A program made the translations under genes and the position numbers. The notes beneath the pieces are model-generated. The model was not told the origin of the DNA. It saw only the letters and a list, made by a program, of their open reading frames with translations, and searched no databases. A DNA stretch of 64,000 nt, from assembly GCF_009914755.1 (NCBI RefSeq), contig NC_060925.1; one strand, given 5' to 3'. Position 1 is the stretch's first letter; each line of letters begins with the position of its first letter. Source of the DNA: the human T2T-CHM13v2.0 reference genome, Homo sapiens. Below, in pieces: positions 1 to 12,520 of this stretch.

Positions 1-104
1 CTTGGACTTCCCAGCCTCTGGAACCATGAGAAGTAAGTTTTTTGTTGTTTATAAGTCACCCAGCCTAAGGCATTTTGTTCTCACAGTTCAAATGGACAAA
101 GACA
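1..104 (+). mobile_element. MLT1-family (MaLR) LTR, 3' end, cut by window edge
   Basis: ttggacttcccagcctctggaac...ttgtttataagtcacccagcc...aatggacaaagaca resembles the MLT1 3' terminus. Confidence 0.8.
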
Positions 105-149
105 TGATTCTTCAGCACACCAGACACCCCAGCCCTAAAGCTATTCTAC

Positions 150-454
150 TATTCTACTGGCTGTTCCACCTGATAACCCCCCTCACCTCCTTCAAGCCTT
201 TGCTCCAGTCACACTGCCTCTCCACCCTGTACTCTCAATCCCCTTAAGCTGCTCTATATTTTTTTTCCACTGGACTTACCACCTTCTAGCATTCAATAAA
301 ATCTACATATTTATGATGTTTGCTGTTGCTTGTCTATCTTCCCAGCTGTGATGTTAACTCTCTGAGGGTAGGGATCCATTTGTTCCCTTTTGTTCCCTAA
401 CACTAGGACAGTGCCTGGCACAGAGCAGTTACCCAAGAAATACCTGTTGAATGA
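150..454 (+). mobile_element. L2 LINE 3' end
   Basis: gagggtagggat...taggacagtgcctggcacagagcag...aaatacctgttgaatga is a typical L2 3' terminus. Confidence 0.75.
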
Positions 455-479
455 TATTGTTCAATTACTTGGTCCTAGT

Positions 480-549
480 AGTAGTTGACACTTTTTGAGC
501 ACTTACTTTGTGCCAGGCACAGTTTTAAGCTTTGTAGAGGTATGAACTC
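480..549 (-). mobile_element. MIR fragment
   Basis: ttttgagcacttactttgtgccaggcacagttttaagc matches the reverse complement of the MIR 3' region. Confidence 0.65.
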
Positions 550-652
550 CCTTAACAGATAGTAACTGCTAAGCTGTGACTGTTTTAATCCTCTCTAAGC
601 TGTGAAATGCTACTTTCTGGTTTTGCAAGTGATTCTCAGCCGGGTGAAACTT
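544..652 (+). repeat. Local direct duplication A, copy 1 (partner 2360-2466)
   Basis: Manual alignment: about 9 substitutions plus one 2-bp indel over 109 bp. Confidence 0.95.
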
Positions 653-1260
653 GTCAATCAGGACAAGTTAAAGGGGGAGGGGGCTAAAAGGAGAAGAGGG
701 AGTTAAAAGGAGGAAGGAGGGTAACTGTAGTTTGAAACACTGATCCAATAAGCCAATTGTTTTTGTAACACAAATTGCAGAAATTAAGCTTTAAAATATT
801 CTACTCTGCCAGTTGGTTTAGGATGGGATGGAATAAACAAGATAAACTAAGAAAGAATTATAGGTGGCTTGAATGAAAATGGGGTCCTGCAATGTAGCAT
901 GAACATTGTTGGTAAATAGAAGTGCAAAGGGTAAGAGGGTTGACAAGATGCAATTGATGTTTTTCTGTGATGCTCATTGTTAACAGAACACTGAAGCTTA
1001 CACTGGAGCTAGACTTTTAAAATATACATGTAATCTGAGCTTTCCAAGCCTCTCTAGCCTATGGCTCTCATTCATGGCAATAGCTCTTATTTCTGACTCT
1101 CATCTCTGCCTGCCCACCCAAGGCCTGGCCCCTGTGAACTCCCTACTTCCTGGTATGGGTGGAAACCCTGAGTTGTGGGCTTTTTCTTGAGTGGAGTGGG
1201 GTGGCGAGAGCCCTTGCATACAATAAAATTGGTCACGTGGGTGCTGCTATGCCCACAGAG

Positions 1261-1545
1261 CAGTGCTGTCCAGAAGGAAGGTCACGTGGGGCTACTGCGC
1301 CATTGACATGCAGCTGATCTACATTGAGACATGCCATAGTGTAAAATGCTCACTGGATTTCAAAGGCAGTGCAAAAAAGTAAAGTGTCTCAGTACTATCT
1401 TTTTCATATGGATTACATATTGACTTGACAATATTTTGGATACTGAGTTTAGTTTTTTGTTTGTTTTGCCTTTTCAAATGTGGCTACTAGAAAATTTAAA
1501 GTTACATCTGTGGTTTGCACTTGTGGCAGGCATTTTATTTCCATA
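1261..1545 (-). mobile_element. MER33 (hAT-Charlie MITE)
   Basis: cagtgctgtcca terminus; gtgtaaaat...ggatttc; aatgtggctactagaaaatttaaagttacatctgtgg. Confidence 0.75.
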
Positions 1546-2038
1546 TTTCTGTGTTTCTGCATACAGCCCTGCCATACATGCTGCCATTTCTCCTGGGCTC
1601 CACTGGACCGGCGCCCACCCTTGCTGCCACATCTTCTCCAAATGGCTGGGTGTCTCTCCCTTCTGCCGGGTGGGGTCTCTGTTCCCCTAGAAGGTCCTAT
1701 ATCATCTACCAGGCACAGCCACCAATCCTGTGTGGTGTTCCTGATCCCCACCCAGGTACTATACCACTAACATCCTTGAGTTCTCGGGTTCTCAGAGTGG
1801 CCCAGTGCTCTCTGGCAAGGTGGGAGAGAGCACCTCCCTACCCCTCTCATTTTCCTGTTAAAAGAGTCCCAGAGTAGAGAAAGCTATTTGTGCTCTAATA
1901 TTTAAGAGTACATTGAACGCTTTTCCTTTTTAAAATTTACTGTAATCTTTGCAGAAAACATGGAGGTGGGCCAGCGTCAGGTTTTTACTTTGTTTTCTTG
2001 TCTGTTTATTATTTGATTTGATTTGATTTCTTACCCTT

Positions 2039-2195
2039 AAAATCAACTTTATTAAGTTATAATTTGCATACAATAAAGGTATTCATTTTAAGTGTATAGT
2101 TTGATGAGTCTTGACAAATGGCAAACCTGTGTAACACCACCTTAATTAATAAAGATATAGAAGATTTTCATTATTCCAAAGCGTCTCCTTGTGCC
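2039..2195 (-). mobile_element. Old L1M 3' end fragment
   Basis: actttattaagttataatttgcatacaataaa...ttttaagtgtatagtttgatgagtcttgacaaatg. Confidence 0.75.
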
Positions 2196-2359
2196 AGAGA
2201 AGATTTGAGGGCCAACTTAAAGCTGTATCCAGAAATTTACCTTCTCATAACTTTACCAGGCCTGCTTCTCTTGCCCTGAATGATGACTCTCAGCATGGAG
2301 ACTCCTCCAATCCTCCTTTGTTCGGGACAGGAGCCTCTACCAGCTCCCCATAGATGCAG

Positions 2360-2466
2360 GAATTCACTTAACAGATAGTCCGTGCTAAGCTGTGACTGTT
2401 AATCCTTTCTAAGCCGTGAAATGCTACTTTCTGGTTTTGCAAGTGATTCTCAACCAGGTGAAACTT
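2360..2466 (+). repeat. Local direct duplication A, copy 2 (partner 544-652)
   Basis: Shares cttaacagatagt...gctaagctgtgactgtt...gtgaaatgctactttctggttttgcaagtgattctca..ggtgaaactt with copy 1. Confidence 0.95.
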
Positions 2467-2620
2467 TATAGTTCTCCAGACTTTCTGAATCCTGGCCCAG
2501 CACAAGCCCCTGCAACACATAGACTAAAGGGTTTTTTGTTTTGTTTTGTTTTTGCTTTTGTTCTTTGAAATACAAAATGACTTTGACACATCGATCAACC
2601 TAAGGAAGCTATAAGGAGGA

Positions 2621-2665
2621 GTGTGTGTGTGTGTGTGTATGTGTGTGTGTGTGTTTGTGTGTGTG
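2621..2665. repeat. Imperfect (TG)n microsatellite
   Basis: Directly visible. Confidence 0.95.
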
Positions 2666-3042
2666 CTTTAAGCATCACTGAATAAATGGAAGAGCAATAG
2701 TTGGTAGGTCCGAGAGAGAGCAGTAACAGTCCAGGAACCTGCATGATCTGGCACCTGCAGGCATCTTCAATCTCATTCACACTACTTTGTCCTCCCTTAC
2801 TACATTCTAGTTACACTGGATCTTGTTCCAGTTCTTCAACCGTCAAGATCATCACTTCCCCCAGGAACTTTGCACAAGCCATTCCCACTGGCTGGAAAAC
2901 TCTTTGTCCTCTATGGGCTTACTTGAGTCCGTTTTGCCCTTCAGGTCTCAGCTTCAATGGTGCTACCTCATAGAGGACTTCTCAGTCCACCCAATCTACA
3001 TGTAGGTCCCTCATGTTATGCATTTTTGTTTAACATTCATCA

Positions 3043-3346
3043 GGCCAGTCGTGGTGGCTTACGCCTGTAATCCCAGCACTTTGGGAGGCCAAGACGGGTG
3101 GATCACAAAGTCAGGAGTTCAAGACCAGCCTGGCCAACATGGCGAAACCCTGTCTCTACTAAAAATACAAAAATTAGCTGGGCGCAGTGGCAGGCACCTG
3201 TAATCCCAGCTACTTGGGAGGTTAAGGCAGGAGAATTGCTTCAACCTGGGAGGCAGAGGTTGCAGTGAGCCAAGCAACACTCCAGCCTGGGTGACAGAGC
3301 AAGACTCTGTCTCGAAAAAAAAAAACAAAAAAACAAAAAAACAAAA
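3043..3346 (+). mobile_element. AluS (Sg/Sx-like), near full length, small right-arm deletion
   Basis: ggccagtcgtggtggcttacgcc...aggagttcaagaccagcctggccaacatgg...A-rich tail. Confidence 0.95.
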
Positions 3347-3606
3347 TTTATCCCAGTTTATTATATATTAATTTTCTTGTTGCATGTTTAATATCTGTCA
3401 TTTATATTAGACTGTGACCTTTATGAAAGTAGAAACTGTTTTATATTTATGTTTTTATATTTTACATCATATTATCTGTTCATAATTCTTCCTTCTTTTC
3501 CTATCCTTGCACGGCTTAACTGTAAGTGGAGAATTCTTCCCTGTCTCATTGACTTTCAACTTGGCCCTGTGACTTGCTTTGTCTAATGGTATGTTAGTAG
3601 AAGTAA

Positions 3607-3970
<364 letters not shown>

Positions 3971-4186
3971 TGGCTTGATTTCTTGAAGATATTTCTCCCC
4001 GCCATAAGAAGAGCTTCCCTACATAGCTGTTTCTTCTTCCTGTAACTTGAAATGAAGACCTGAGAAGCAGACCTGAACCCAATCCTGAGTCCTGAAGAAG
4101 AGCTATCTCAGCCAACCTGTAGCTCTGTGAGCAAGAAAAACAAATGTTTGTTGTTGATAGTCACTGATATTTGGGGGTTCTTTCTT

Positions 4187-4482
4187 TTCCTTTTTTTTTT
4201 TGAGACGGAGTCTTGCTCTGTCGCCCAGGCTGGAGTGCAGTGGTGCTATCTTGGCTCACTGCAAGCTCTGCCTCCCAGGTTCATGCCATTCTCCTGCTTC
4301 AGCCTCCTGAGTAGCTGGAACTACAGGCACCCACTACCACGCCCGGCTAATTTTTTCTGTTTTTAGTAGAGATGGGGTTTCACCGTGTTAGCTAGGATGG
4401 TCTCGATCTCCTGACCTCATGTTCCACCCGCCTCAGCCTCCCAAAGTGCTGGGATTACAGGCGTGAGCCACTGCACCCAGCC
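4187..4482 (-). mobile_element. AluY, full length
   Basis: gcaagctc, ccattctcc and ccgtgttagc.aggatggtctcgatc are Y-type positions; TSD tgggggttctttctt at 4172-4186 and 4483-4497. Confidence 0.93.
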
Positions 4483-4966
4483 TGGGGGTTCTTTCTTATG
4501 TAGCATTAATGCAGCAACAGCTGACTGCTACATGGGCCTATTGCATAAAAGGCACTCTGTAAATATTTGTTGAATGAATGAAAGAAATATTTTCCTTTGG
4601 AGAAAGCCAAAAGGTAGAGAGTGCAAAGAGTTTATCATGGAGACGTTGGAAGCCCATACCCAAGAAGAAAAGAAGAGGAGGGTTAAAACCTAGGAGGAGA
4701 GAAGAGCCCAAAGACTCTTCAGGATGAATCTCAGGAAAGTTCAGATTTGGTCCCTAAAACCACACTAGGATTTAAGGTGTCCCAACCAAAGTTCTAGACA
4801 GAGAAGACATATTTGGAAAGTAGAACACTGAGCCAGGTATCAAGATTTAGGCATAGAATCTTGAAAGCGCAGAACCATAAAACATAAACAGATCCAATCC
4901 AGCAGAAAAGAGCAAATTACCTGCAGTCAGCTATTTGTGGATAGAGTGGAGATAGTTTTCCACATC

Positions 4967-4988
4967 TTTTTTTTTTTTTTTTTTTTTT
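4967..4988. repeat. T22 homopolymer
   Basis: Directly visible. Confidence 0.95.
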
Positions 4989-7900
4989 GGTCCCCATGCC
5001 CTTTCCACAACTCTGTGTGGATTCTAATGAAATTTAATGAAGGAAAAGAGGAAGGGGCATATGTAGGATGGCATGTCAGTTCAAATGAAGATCAGGACTG
5101 AGGAATATCACCTTGTGTTGCTCCCAACAATATCTCCATGGGGTCAGGGCTATGGGGCATGCAGTGAGGACTGGAGCATGGGTCCCCTGTGGTTTGAATC
5201 TTAAATCATCCCTTTGAAACAGGGTAAGTTACTGAGGTCCTTCCAAAGACCCAGTTACATTGACTCAAGCCCAAATATGCTCAGATTTTTAGGAAACCAA
5301 GTCTCTTGCATGGACCAGTCCCATTCTGACTCACTCCTGCATCCCCACCCAATGAGCATTCAGGGCATTTCATTAGTGCAACTCAGAGACACTTATCTCT
5401 TTTCCAGAAGCTGATTCTTCTTACTTCAGGCAGCATGGCACCAGGCAGAGATGCCAGAGAGGTACTGCTTCCTCTGAAAAAGGAGGCCATCCCATTAGCT
5501 GCTGCTGCTGCTGTTCTCCTTAGCACCTTACCAGCCTGTCTGGCTGCACACTGGATATGCTTGTTCACCAACAACCTTGTCAAGTGTTCCCAAGAAAGGT
5601 CATGGCTAAAGGAAGGAAAAAATATATGTATATAAATATTTTGTCACTTTCCCAGGCTCTTTAGAGCCTGGGATCCCAAGGGGCCCAGCAGTGCCTTAGA
5701 GTTAAACTCTTCCCGTTTTCAACCTATCACTCACTGTTAGCTCGTCCTCCTTTCCTCACATTTCTCCCACCCTCCACCACACATTCCTCTTGTCAGAGGC
5801 CTAGAGAAAGAATATCCCAATGGGGAGTACCTGGGTTAAAGAAATTTGGCATCTTGCTCAGGAGTCAATTCTGATATCCACAAGACTCCATCCAGTTTGA
5901 GAGGCCAAGATGGTGTCCAGGCCATGTTGAACAGGACTACCTGGTCATATCCTGGGACCTGCTCTAGGAACTGCAGTTGAGGGACTCTGGAATGGGCCAA
6001 GGTCTAGAATCAGATCTGTCTACTGAGGTGTGGAAGACTTCAAAGGAACAAAATGAGAGGATTGATGTCCTGCCAAGTAGATTCAATGTTGATGTCTACA
6101 GTGAGATAGAGTCCGCTTAGGGAAATGGGGTCTTTTGCATCTCAGCCTCCACCATGTCTGCACATCTCATCCTGGGTGGAGGTTCATGCTGGGAGCAGAA
6201 CACCCCCAGGAGACAGAGCTAAGGCTTCACCAACAAAGGCTGGTATGGGCAGCTGAGTTTCTGTCCACAGAACTGAAAGTGAGGTCCAGTAATCAGCATC
6301 CATCCCACACCTGGTCCCTCTGCTTGGGAAGAATGACCTGCATGCTCAGGGTCCACTGGTGGCACAGGAGACTGAGAGCAAGATGGCACTGACCAAGGGA
6401 CAACCTGGTTTGCAAGGGGACCTTCTCTTTTCTGTGTTAGACAGGGGCACAGAGGGAGTATGCTGTTAGGAAGTGGGCAGCAGTGGCCTGAGCTTCTGGG
6501 AACTCTGCCTACTCTCTTAGTCTCTGGTCATTTGCCTGACCAGCCATGTAGGCATCACCACACTCTACCAAGCAAATGAGGAGTACCCCCCAACAATGGG
6601 CAGACAATGAACCATCTCTCTTTCTCTCTGTCTTCCTCATATAACTGCTGGGCTTCCCACTGTAGGCAGGAGGGTGATGCTCTTTGCAGGGTACAATCTC
6701 ACTGCATCCTGGCCATAGGTCGAATTCTTCGTGGAGCCTCAGCTTTTGGCACTAAAGAAACTGAAACAGAGCAGGCTGGATGTGGAAAAACACCACAGCT
6801 TAATACATTTTGAAGGACAGTGAAAAAAGACCTTGGCCCCAAATCAGATTGTTCCTGATCTAAAATTAAAAGCGACTTAAGCCTTAGCATTCGAGAAGAG
6901 CGGCAGATAATGGTTGTGAGGGTGGGGAGAGCAATTGCTTTTTTTTTTTTTTCACTTCGTGGCTGGGAGCAGACCTTTCCAAGATTTCTCTGGACAGGAT
7001 TATTTACTGTCTTTTAAAAAAAACTTTGCACTTTGCATGAAGATTTGCAAATGCCAGGCACACGGCATGCCGGGTGCCCAGCCAAACCTCTTGTGGTTAG
7101 CCTTGAAATGAGATCATTTCACAGTAAGAAGGAGGTCAGGTTGCAAAGAGGAGAATTCATTTGGCTGCATCAATATGTAGGCTGCAGCGAAACCACCGAA
7201 CAAAATTTTGTTGCCCTGCCATAACAGCAAGGCTTGGACACAAATCTGAACTCCTGAAGCATCTACTCCCTCCTATACATTCACTTCTTTCACCTTGCCA
7301 GCCACTCCTTAGAATGATACCATATGACTGAATTCCATTTTGCAATGCAGGTGGGTCACAAGAAACTTCCATACACTCTTCTGAATTCAAAATGTATATG
7401 TGTGAGAAGGTCACACCTATCTCTTAAATTATCCTGTATTTGCCAAGCCAACGTGAAACAAAAGGTCTTCCTTTGTCAACCCAACTATCAGAAGAGGAGC
7501 CTTATCTACCCTCCTCCCCCAATTTGATTCAGTCAGGACTTATTGGGCACCTCCTATATCCCCAGGGCAGAGCCAAATACCCCAGGAGCAGCAAAAGCAC
7601 ATGTGGTCAGTTCTGTGACCTAAATGCATTTGGATCCTTGTTAGAGAAATAAATGAATATGAAATGATTAGAGTTTCCAAGACAATTCATGAAAATGAGT
7701 GGGAATCTAACAGAGCCAGGACCCTACAGGGTAGAAAGCAGCTGGGATAGGGAAAGGGCTTCATGTGCCAGAGTTGTTGAGGAGACTCAATAAAGAGGCA
7801 GGACTCAGGATGGGACCATTGCCTTTCCTATTTCTTCATCTATGCTGATTTCTGTTTTGTCTCTGATAAAATTCCATCATGCATCATACCCATGGAATAA

Positions 7901-8059
7901 TGCTTAATTCAAACTTTGGCCTCCTGAGGTACCCTAGAAGGCTCTGATAAAAAAAAATGTCTGGGTTTTTGGTCTTCCATAAAGGAAAGTTAGTGAGTGT
8001 TGCCTTTGCATTCCAGAAAGATAAGCATAGCACCTCACTAAATAAAGGGATTTTGTTAG

Positions 8060-8277
8060 GCATCAGACAGACCAGGGATTAAATGTAGCTCTGTTACTTC
8101 AGCTTTGAGCAACATTTTTACATTCTTTGAGCCTCAGATTCTCAGCTATAAAATGGGGATAATAACAGCACCTATTTCCTAGGGCTGTGGTGAGGATTAG
8201 ACAAAGTAAGCATTTTATGTGCATGAGCGTAGTATCTGACCCAGTAGTTATTCAATAGCTATGCACTATTGTTATTC
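8060..8277 (+). mobile_element. MIR
   Basis: tgagcctcagattctcagctataaaatggggataataacagcacc...gggctgtggtgaggatta core. Confidence 0.85.
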
Positions 8278-11200
8278 TCCTTCATTTTTGAATTCCAAAA
8301 CCCTTTTGGGAACAGAGTGTCCTAGTGTCCAATCTGTAAGTGGTAACAAGCAAATAAGTAGAATGTCAAAGAATTTATAGACTATACTCACCTGTTGACT
8401 ACCATTTCAGACTATGTGGTTTTTCTATTCATGGGGATCCTGGCAGGGAATCAATTTATGGCTCTTTTCCTAAAGAAAACGGAGTTTCACAAATGACCTC
8501 CTCCAGTCATTTTACCCCTATTTGTCAATTCTGGCCTTTTAATGGAAAGGGCACTGAAATAAACTGTAAGGTATATTCTCCTTCCCTTTGGTTTGTTTGT
8601 TTGGAAGCAAAAAAGAAGAGACAAGCTTGGAGCACATTTCAGATCCACAAAAGACAAATTAATTATCCCCGAGCAGAAGCTGACCTTTAGCTGGCCCCAG
8701 CTCCAATGCCTGAGCCACAGCTGCACCTGCTTTGAAGATGACAAAATCCACTTGCTAAATACTAATAATTAGTCACCAAAGCAGGGTAAAGAATGCAGAG
8801 CAAAGTGAACCTGCAATTACTGTACTCATGCTCATCCCCTGAGCCCTTGGAGGGCCAATTACCCCAGCACATTACCATAATTGGACTGACATGTTAATAG
8901 CATCTTCCAGTCTTTGAAAGTGTCACTGTCCCCCTTTCCTGCTCCCACACCCCTCAAGCCTGTGGACTGTTTGTGCTGCACTTTATAGCTAGGGCTGGCT
9001 AAAGATGTCAAAGTTGTGCATCCTCTGAGGGTGCAAGGGATTGAGCAGATGCTCATGTGCAGGCCAAGCATGTGCACAGAGGATTCTCAGCTTCTCTCTC
9101 CCTCAACTGCACCTATACCATTTACTGAGAAATAATTTGCAAGTGGCTCTGCTGACCAATGGTAAATGCCACATTTCTCTGTCCTGGGGACTACCTGTGT
9201 CACTTACACTCTACTCAGCAGTAGCCTGAGCCTTGGAAGACTGTGGTGGGTGGCCTGACCAAGGGGCCCAGGCTGCTCCAGAAAGGGTGCTCCCAACTCA
9301 TAGTCATAAGCAAGGACAGCTATCCATGGAGCCGTAGAGCCTGAAAATGAGAACCGGGTTGCTTTGGGCTCCTAAGAGGTGGCAGGAGGGCTTGGGCAGG
9401 GGCAGGTTGGCAGCATGGGGCTCTGCCAAGAGTCCTGCCCTCAGGGGACTCAGTGCTGGTGCTAGGCAGCCTCCCTCCAGCAGCCCCCTGCTGCCTCAAC
9501 GTGATTTTATGAGGTGATCAGTGTCCTATTGATCTGGAGAAGGTCGCGGAGCACTCACGCTGGTGAGGAAGCAGATTCCTGGGGCTGACCTTTCCTAAGC
9601 AAAACTCAGTTAAAAAAATTTTTTTTGCCTTCTTCCCCATCCTTTTCATCTGATTTCTTTCAGTAAGAACCTTTTTTCTTACAAGTCACTGCAACCTTCC
9701 AGGGAAAGAAGACTTGGTTTCTGGCTGTGCTTCCACACTCTGGGGAGCTGGGCCCCTGGAAATGAGTGCCTGGGCTTTCTTCTGTCCAGCCTCAGATCAG
9801 GGAGCTGTCATGAGAAGGGGCCTGGGGATAGCAACACTGTCTCAGGGCGGGGGCCTGTCTGGTTGAGATGGAAGGACTGGGAATAGGGATATGGTGAGAA
9901 GGAACCCTGTGTCTACCACGCTGCCCAGGGCCTCTGTGTTGCACAAATCCACGGGGCATATTCACATTGTACTCAGTGTGCATGACACCTCCTGGAACTC
10001 CACAGAACACACAGCAAATGGTGGATCCAGAGCTCGGCAATGTGTTGGCCTTGATCATGCACACACACACACACACGCAAACACCTTGTGCCTCTGCTGT
10101 CTCCCAGAGCTGCTCTGGACCACGCAGGCCCCAGGCTGTGTTGTTGGTGCTGCTCATGCATGAAATGGTCCACAGGGACAAGTTCTGCTCTAATAAACAC
10201 CGCAGTGTACCCTTCCCACACCCATCACAGGCACACACAAATGTACTCCTTGGTTACCTTCACCATTACAATACTATTTGCATATACCATTCCAGGGTTA
10301 TGGCCCTGTGGAGTAGAGTAGATGAATCCGGTCAGTGTTCAGTCTCTTGAACTCTAAGATCCACTTAAAGGAAAATAGAGGATTTAGTCTTGACACATTA
10401 GATGTTTTGTCTTCACTGTTTGCATTAGTCACTCACACTCAGAGAGCAGACAGAAATCCACACACATGTACCCACAACAAGACAAATGCAGCCACCAACA
10501 CAGAAAGATATGCAATACCCATAGGTACATACACATTCCTAGAGGCCGTCAGCCTCTGTAAAGAGATACGCTGATGTACACAACAGAGTTGTAAACCATA
10601 ACAGTCACCAAAGCAGGAAAAGCACATATTTATGTCACACAAACACACATTTATATGTAAACCCAACATACACAGTCAAAAATGTAGCTACAGGGACTCA
10701 TCCGTACGTATAAACTTCTTGGGCTGTAAATGTGAACCTGAACCTGAAATGTGCCTGCAAGTCTGTTCCATCGTTTTATCATATCACCTTTGGGTAGAAC
10801 GCTGTGGTAGGCATTCCTTTCTGGGTGGCCGACCATTTATTGCTAGAAATGTGTGGGGCCAGTTGAGTACTTTTGTAGGATGATTTACGGGACGCTGCCT
10901 GACTCCCAACATGGGCTCCTATCTGCCCATCACATTCCCTTGAAAAGGTCAAGAGTTTCAGTATCTTCCTACAAACGACTGCACACAGCTGTGAGCTCTA
11001 GGGGCCAAGAGATTCTCCACAGTATTTTCTTTTGCCTTGAATATGTGTTCTGGTCTTCTTAGAAGGGAGATGGGTCCAGGCACTCTGTTTCTGCTCCCAC
11101 ATAAGGAAGGTATAATTCAGATGCAGCTGCAGCAGCTAATTCTTAACAGCCGAAAGGGAGAAGTGCTTGGAACAGAGGCATTGGATGCTGGAGAGGAAGA

Positions 11201-11916
11201 GACAGCCCATGTGTCTCAGAGTGGGATCCGACGTCACTGAGCTTGATTGCTTTGCCTCTAACTTATCCCTAAATCGGCCTTAGTGGCAACAGACCAGCTC
11301 CTCTTAACATGGGTCTCTAAGAGCTCCCAGAATACTGTATGGGTGTGACTGGCCCAGGCTGAAGATGACGTCTGTGTGGCCTGGTCATGGCTGGGGAGGG
11401 AGAAAAGATTAGAGGAAAGATAGAAATCCCACAGCTGTTATTTTTTTTAATCCCTATATGCATTTAGGCTTAGATATCAATAGTTTATTTTGATATAAAG
11501 TGAAGCTGGGCTTCAGAATGGTGGCAAAAGCCCTGGGCAGGGGAATGCCAAAGGGGGAAACAGGGGAAAAACTTCTGGAGAGCAGGCAGATCTAGACAGA
11601 AGCTCAGGAATCCATCCCTGAGGCAGAGAACATGTGGTATCTCCCCATCTCCCTGACAGCCCCCAGCACACAGAATGACTGCTCTAGGGAGACAAATGAT
11701 CCCCATTAATTCCCTCAGGTAATGAGCCAGTTGGTGCCATCATTAATTATACTAATTAACACACACGGGCCTTTAAGGTTGGCACACAATTCCTGCCACC
11801 CTAAATATTTCATGTCACTCTCTCTCTGCCTGGGTTGACTACTTGGCTGAGACATAGGCCCCCGAGATCCTGTGGAAACAAACCACAGGCACAGCCAGCT
11901 AACTCGAAGCATTCAT

Positions 11917-12206
<290 letters not shown>

Positions 12207-12344
12207 GCATTCATCTTAATCTTCTGCCTTGTTCATTCCTTTATCCATTTGACTAACAAGTAATGAGCACCAATCAAAGAGACAGTCAAGTAATCAACTA
12301 ACACAAAGCACAAAGTGCTATGTAGGCTTTTATGTGGACATGTA

Positions 12345-12520
12345 CTTTACCATTTATAAAGCATTTCACAAGCCTCATCTCATTTAATCTTCACAACCCT
12401 GTGAGGAAGGTGCTATCATCTTCCCCATTTTATAGATAAGAAAACCAAGGTTGAGAGCCATTATGTGACTTGCTGCCCAAGGAGACCTGAATTGGGACTT
12501 GAATCCAGGCCTCTGACTCT
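12345..12520 (-). mobile_element. MIR
   Basis: ctcatttaatcttcacaaccctgtgagg...ccccattttatagataagaaaacc. Confidence 0.85.

Noticed and set aside
5498-5513. (GCT)5 run giving a poly-Ala, signal-peptide-like ORF (5435-5635)
   Set aside because: Too short; no promoter, CpG island or splice support
9792-10350. Overlapping 80-148 aa ORFs over a CA-rich stretch
   Set aside because: Low-complexity origin, no recognisable protein family, mutually overlapping on both strands
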